A stretch of DNA of 64,000 bases from Eledone cirrhosa (taxonomy: Eukaryota): the NCBI GenBank assembly GCA_964016885.1, contig OZ024757.1:28954001-29018000 (forward strand), in the 5' to 3' direction. The position numbers and the translations under genes were made by a program. This document shows, in pieces, positions 61,836-64,000 of the stretch. Numbering within the stretch: the first letter of the stretch is position 1; every line of letters begins with the position of its first letter. Below the pieces are notes generated by a model. The model was not told the DNA's origin. It saw only the letters and a list, made by a program, of their open reading frames with translations, and did no database searches.

Positions 61836-62168
61836 AGGCACATGGTTTAGTGGTTAGAGCATTGGCCTTGCAATCGAAAGGTTGTGAGTTCAATTCTCAG
61901 ACCGGGTAATGTGTTGTTTCCTTGAGCAAGACACTTTATTTCACATTGTTCCAGTTTACTCAGCTGTAGAAATGAGATGATAGGGACTGGTGTCCATATC
62001 ATTCCACTGCAAAGTGGTCGTGCAGGTGCCACGGCAAAAAAGCACCCAGCACTCACTGTAAATGAGGTTGGTGTAGAAATCAAGCCAGAATCAGTTCCCG
62101 TCCCACCCTTGCAAGCAGGGAAAAAGCGGACGTAAAATGAAATGAAATGAAATGAAATGAAATGAAAA
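61836..62168 (+). mobile_element. tRNA-derived SINE with an RTE-derived 3' tail
   Basis: A box TAGTGGTTAGAG, B box GAGTTCAATTC; tail cccttgcaagcagggaaaaagcggacgtaaaatga matches the RTE end at 9221-9260. Confidence 0.85.
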
Positions 62169-62519
62169 TATATATCATATTATCTTATATATATTACATT
62201 ATATATACTCGTATCAATGTATAATCATATACAGTATATCATCATCAACATTTTACGTCCGCTTTTCCCTGCATATACATGATGCGTGTGTTTTAACCCT
62301 AAACTATGTTCCAAATTATCATTAGTTGTAACATCTCGCCGCAAGTGAATGCATATAAATTAGGCCAGCAGAACGTGTGTCTGTCTCTGTATTTGTGTGT
62401 GTGTGTTTGGTTACTGGATTTTAGCATCTTGACCATAAGGTCGTGAGTTCGAGTCCTGGACCAGGTGGTAGGTTTTGTTCTTGAGCAAGACGCGTTATCA
62501 TTTCATGTTGATTTTTATG

Positions 62520-63375
62520 ATAGGTCTGGGGCTCCTACCATTAAAACACCCAAGAAATCTTCTATAAGATACAACCTCATAAGAGACCAGCTAAACCTCC
62601 ATAGATGGGATCTGTAACAATAACAACAACAGCAACAACTAATGGAACTGGGGCCTCTACATTTAAAACTCCTGAGAAACCTCCTTTGAAATACTACCAC
62701 ATTTAAGTTCATGTGAACTTGTATTGGCTGGAGCTGTAGATTTAATTGTCACATCAGTCTAGAATACTGGTCTCCAAAGTGGTTCTAGAGCATATAAGGG
62801 TTTTACAAAGGAGTATCTGAGGTTCTGTAAAGGAGTATATTTATCCATATAACAGTATTATACTGGTCCTTTATTAATTGACATCAAAAAAGGGGCCTCT
62901 ACTTTTAAAGCTCTCGAGAAACCTCCTATGAGATACAACCACATAAAAGGTCATTTGTACTTGCTATTGACTGGAGCTGTAAATTTAATTGTCACATCAG
63001 TCTAGTATAGTGGTCCCCAAACTGGGTTCCACAGACACATAAGGGTTTTGTGAAAAAAAGTAGAGGAGTATATTTATATTACGTCTATAAAAAAATATCA
63101 TACTGGTCCTTAATTAATCGGCATCAAAAAGGGGCCTCTATCTTTAAAGCTCCCGAGAAACCCCTGATAAGATACTACCACATATGAGTTCATTTGAACT
63201 TGTTATTGACTGGAGCTGTAAATTTATCACATCAGTCTAGAATAGTGGCCCCCAAAGTGGGTTCCACAGAAAATAAGAGTTCTGTAAAGGGGTGTCTAGG
63301 GTTCTGTAGAGGAGTATATTTATATTACGATCATATAACAGTATTATACTGGTCCTTTATTAACCGACATCAAAA
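62520..63375. repeat. Diverged tandem repeat of about 240 bp (3 full units and 1 partial)
   Basis: gggcctcta recurs at 62651, 62893 and 63132. Confidence 0.85.
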
Positions 63376-63942
63376 GGATAAAAAGGTAATGTTGATTTCA
63401 GGGGTCAGTGAGCCAATGTATTTAATCTTCTATCTCTCATTTCCATTCATTTTCACAGCCATTTTTAAAAAACACTCTCTTCCAAAGTCTCCATTACCAT
63501 AATCCTCCTCCTCCTCCTTTCTATCTCTGCTTCCCTTACCAACGTGTCCTTGTACTTCTCTACCCCCTCACTCTCTACCATTTTCAATCACCTCCCTCGT
63601 CTCTCTAGCACATCCCTCCTCTCTCTATCACTCCTCTCTATATCACTCCTCCCTTTATCACTCCTCCCTATAACCCCCCCCCCCTCTCTATCACTTCGCC
63701 CCCTCTCTAACACTTCTTCCTCTCTCTATCACTCCTCCCTCTTTCTAGCATTTCTCCCTCTCTCAGTTCCTCCTCTATCCTTCATCTCTCTCTCAATCAC
63801 ACCTCCCTATCACTCCCCCTCTCGCTATCACTCCACCCTCTCCCCATCACTCCACCCTCTCCCCATCACCCCCCTCTCGTTTATTGTATCATCTTCGTTT
63901 GAGCTCACATCACATGTACCGTTATATTAACACATCATATAC

Positions 63943-64000
<58 letters not shown>

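Noticed and set aside
61836-61910. tRNA-like A/B boxes
   Set aside because: SINE head; no complete cloverleaf, and it is followed by SINE body and tail.

Overview
Eukaryotic, very AT-rich, microsatellite-dominated genomic DNA. The repeat landscape (huge (TA)n-derived arrays, tRNA-SINEs with RTE tails, RTE/Dong/CRE/Penelope remnants) suggests an octopus or other coleoid mollusc; this is an inference. Nearly all ORFs in the track are (TA)n or triplet-repeat artefacts. One complete 4-exon gene reads cleanly on + (6320-14180). It encodes a 146-aa GPI-anchored Ly6/uPAR three-finger protein closely resembling Drosophila Coiled. The rest is fragmented transposons: RTE, Vingi-like, CRE, R4/Dong, Penelope-like (PLE), mariner, Tigger-like, piggyBac and hAT MITEs, and SINEs. 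The main unannotated signal is a dense set of about 10 type-I hammerhead-ribozyme motifs tied to PLE remnants in (TA)n tracts. Several sit in inverted pairs and stem II ranges from 12 to about 105 nt. There is also a short repeat family with a hammerhead-like three-way junction lacking the canonical core, a twin-priming-type inverted PLE, and several long fold-back palindromes.
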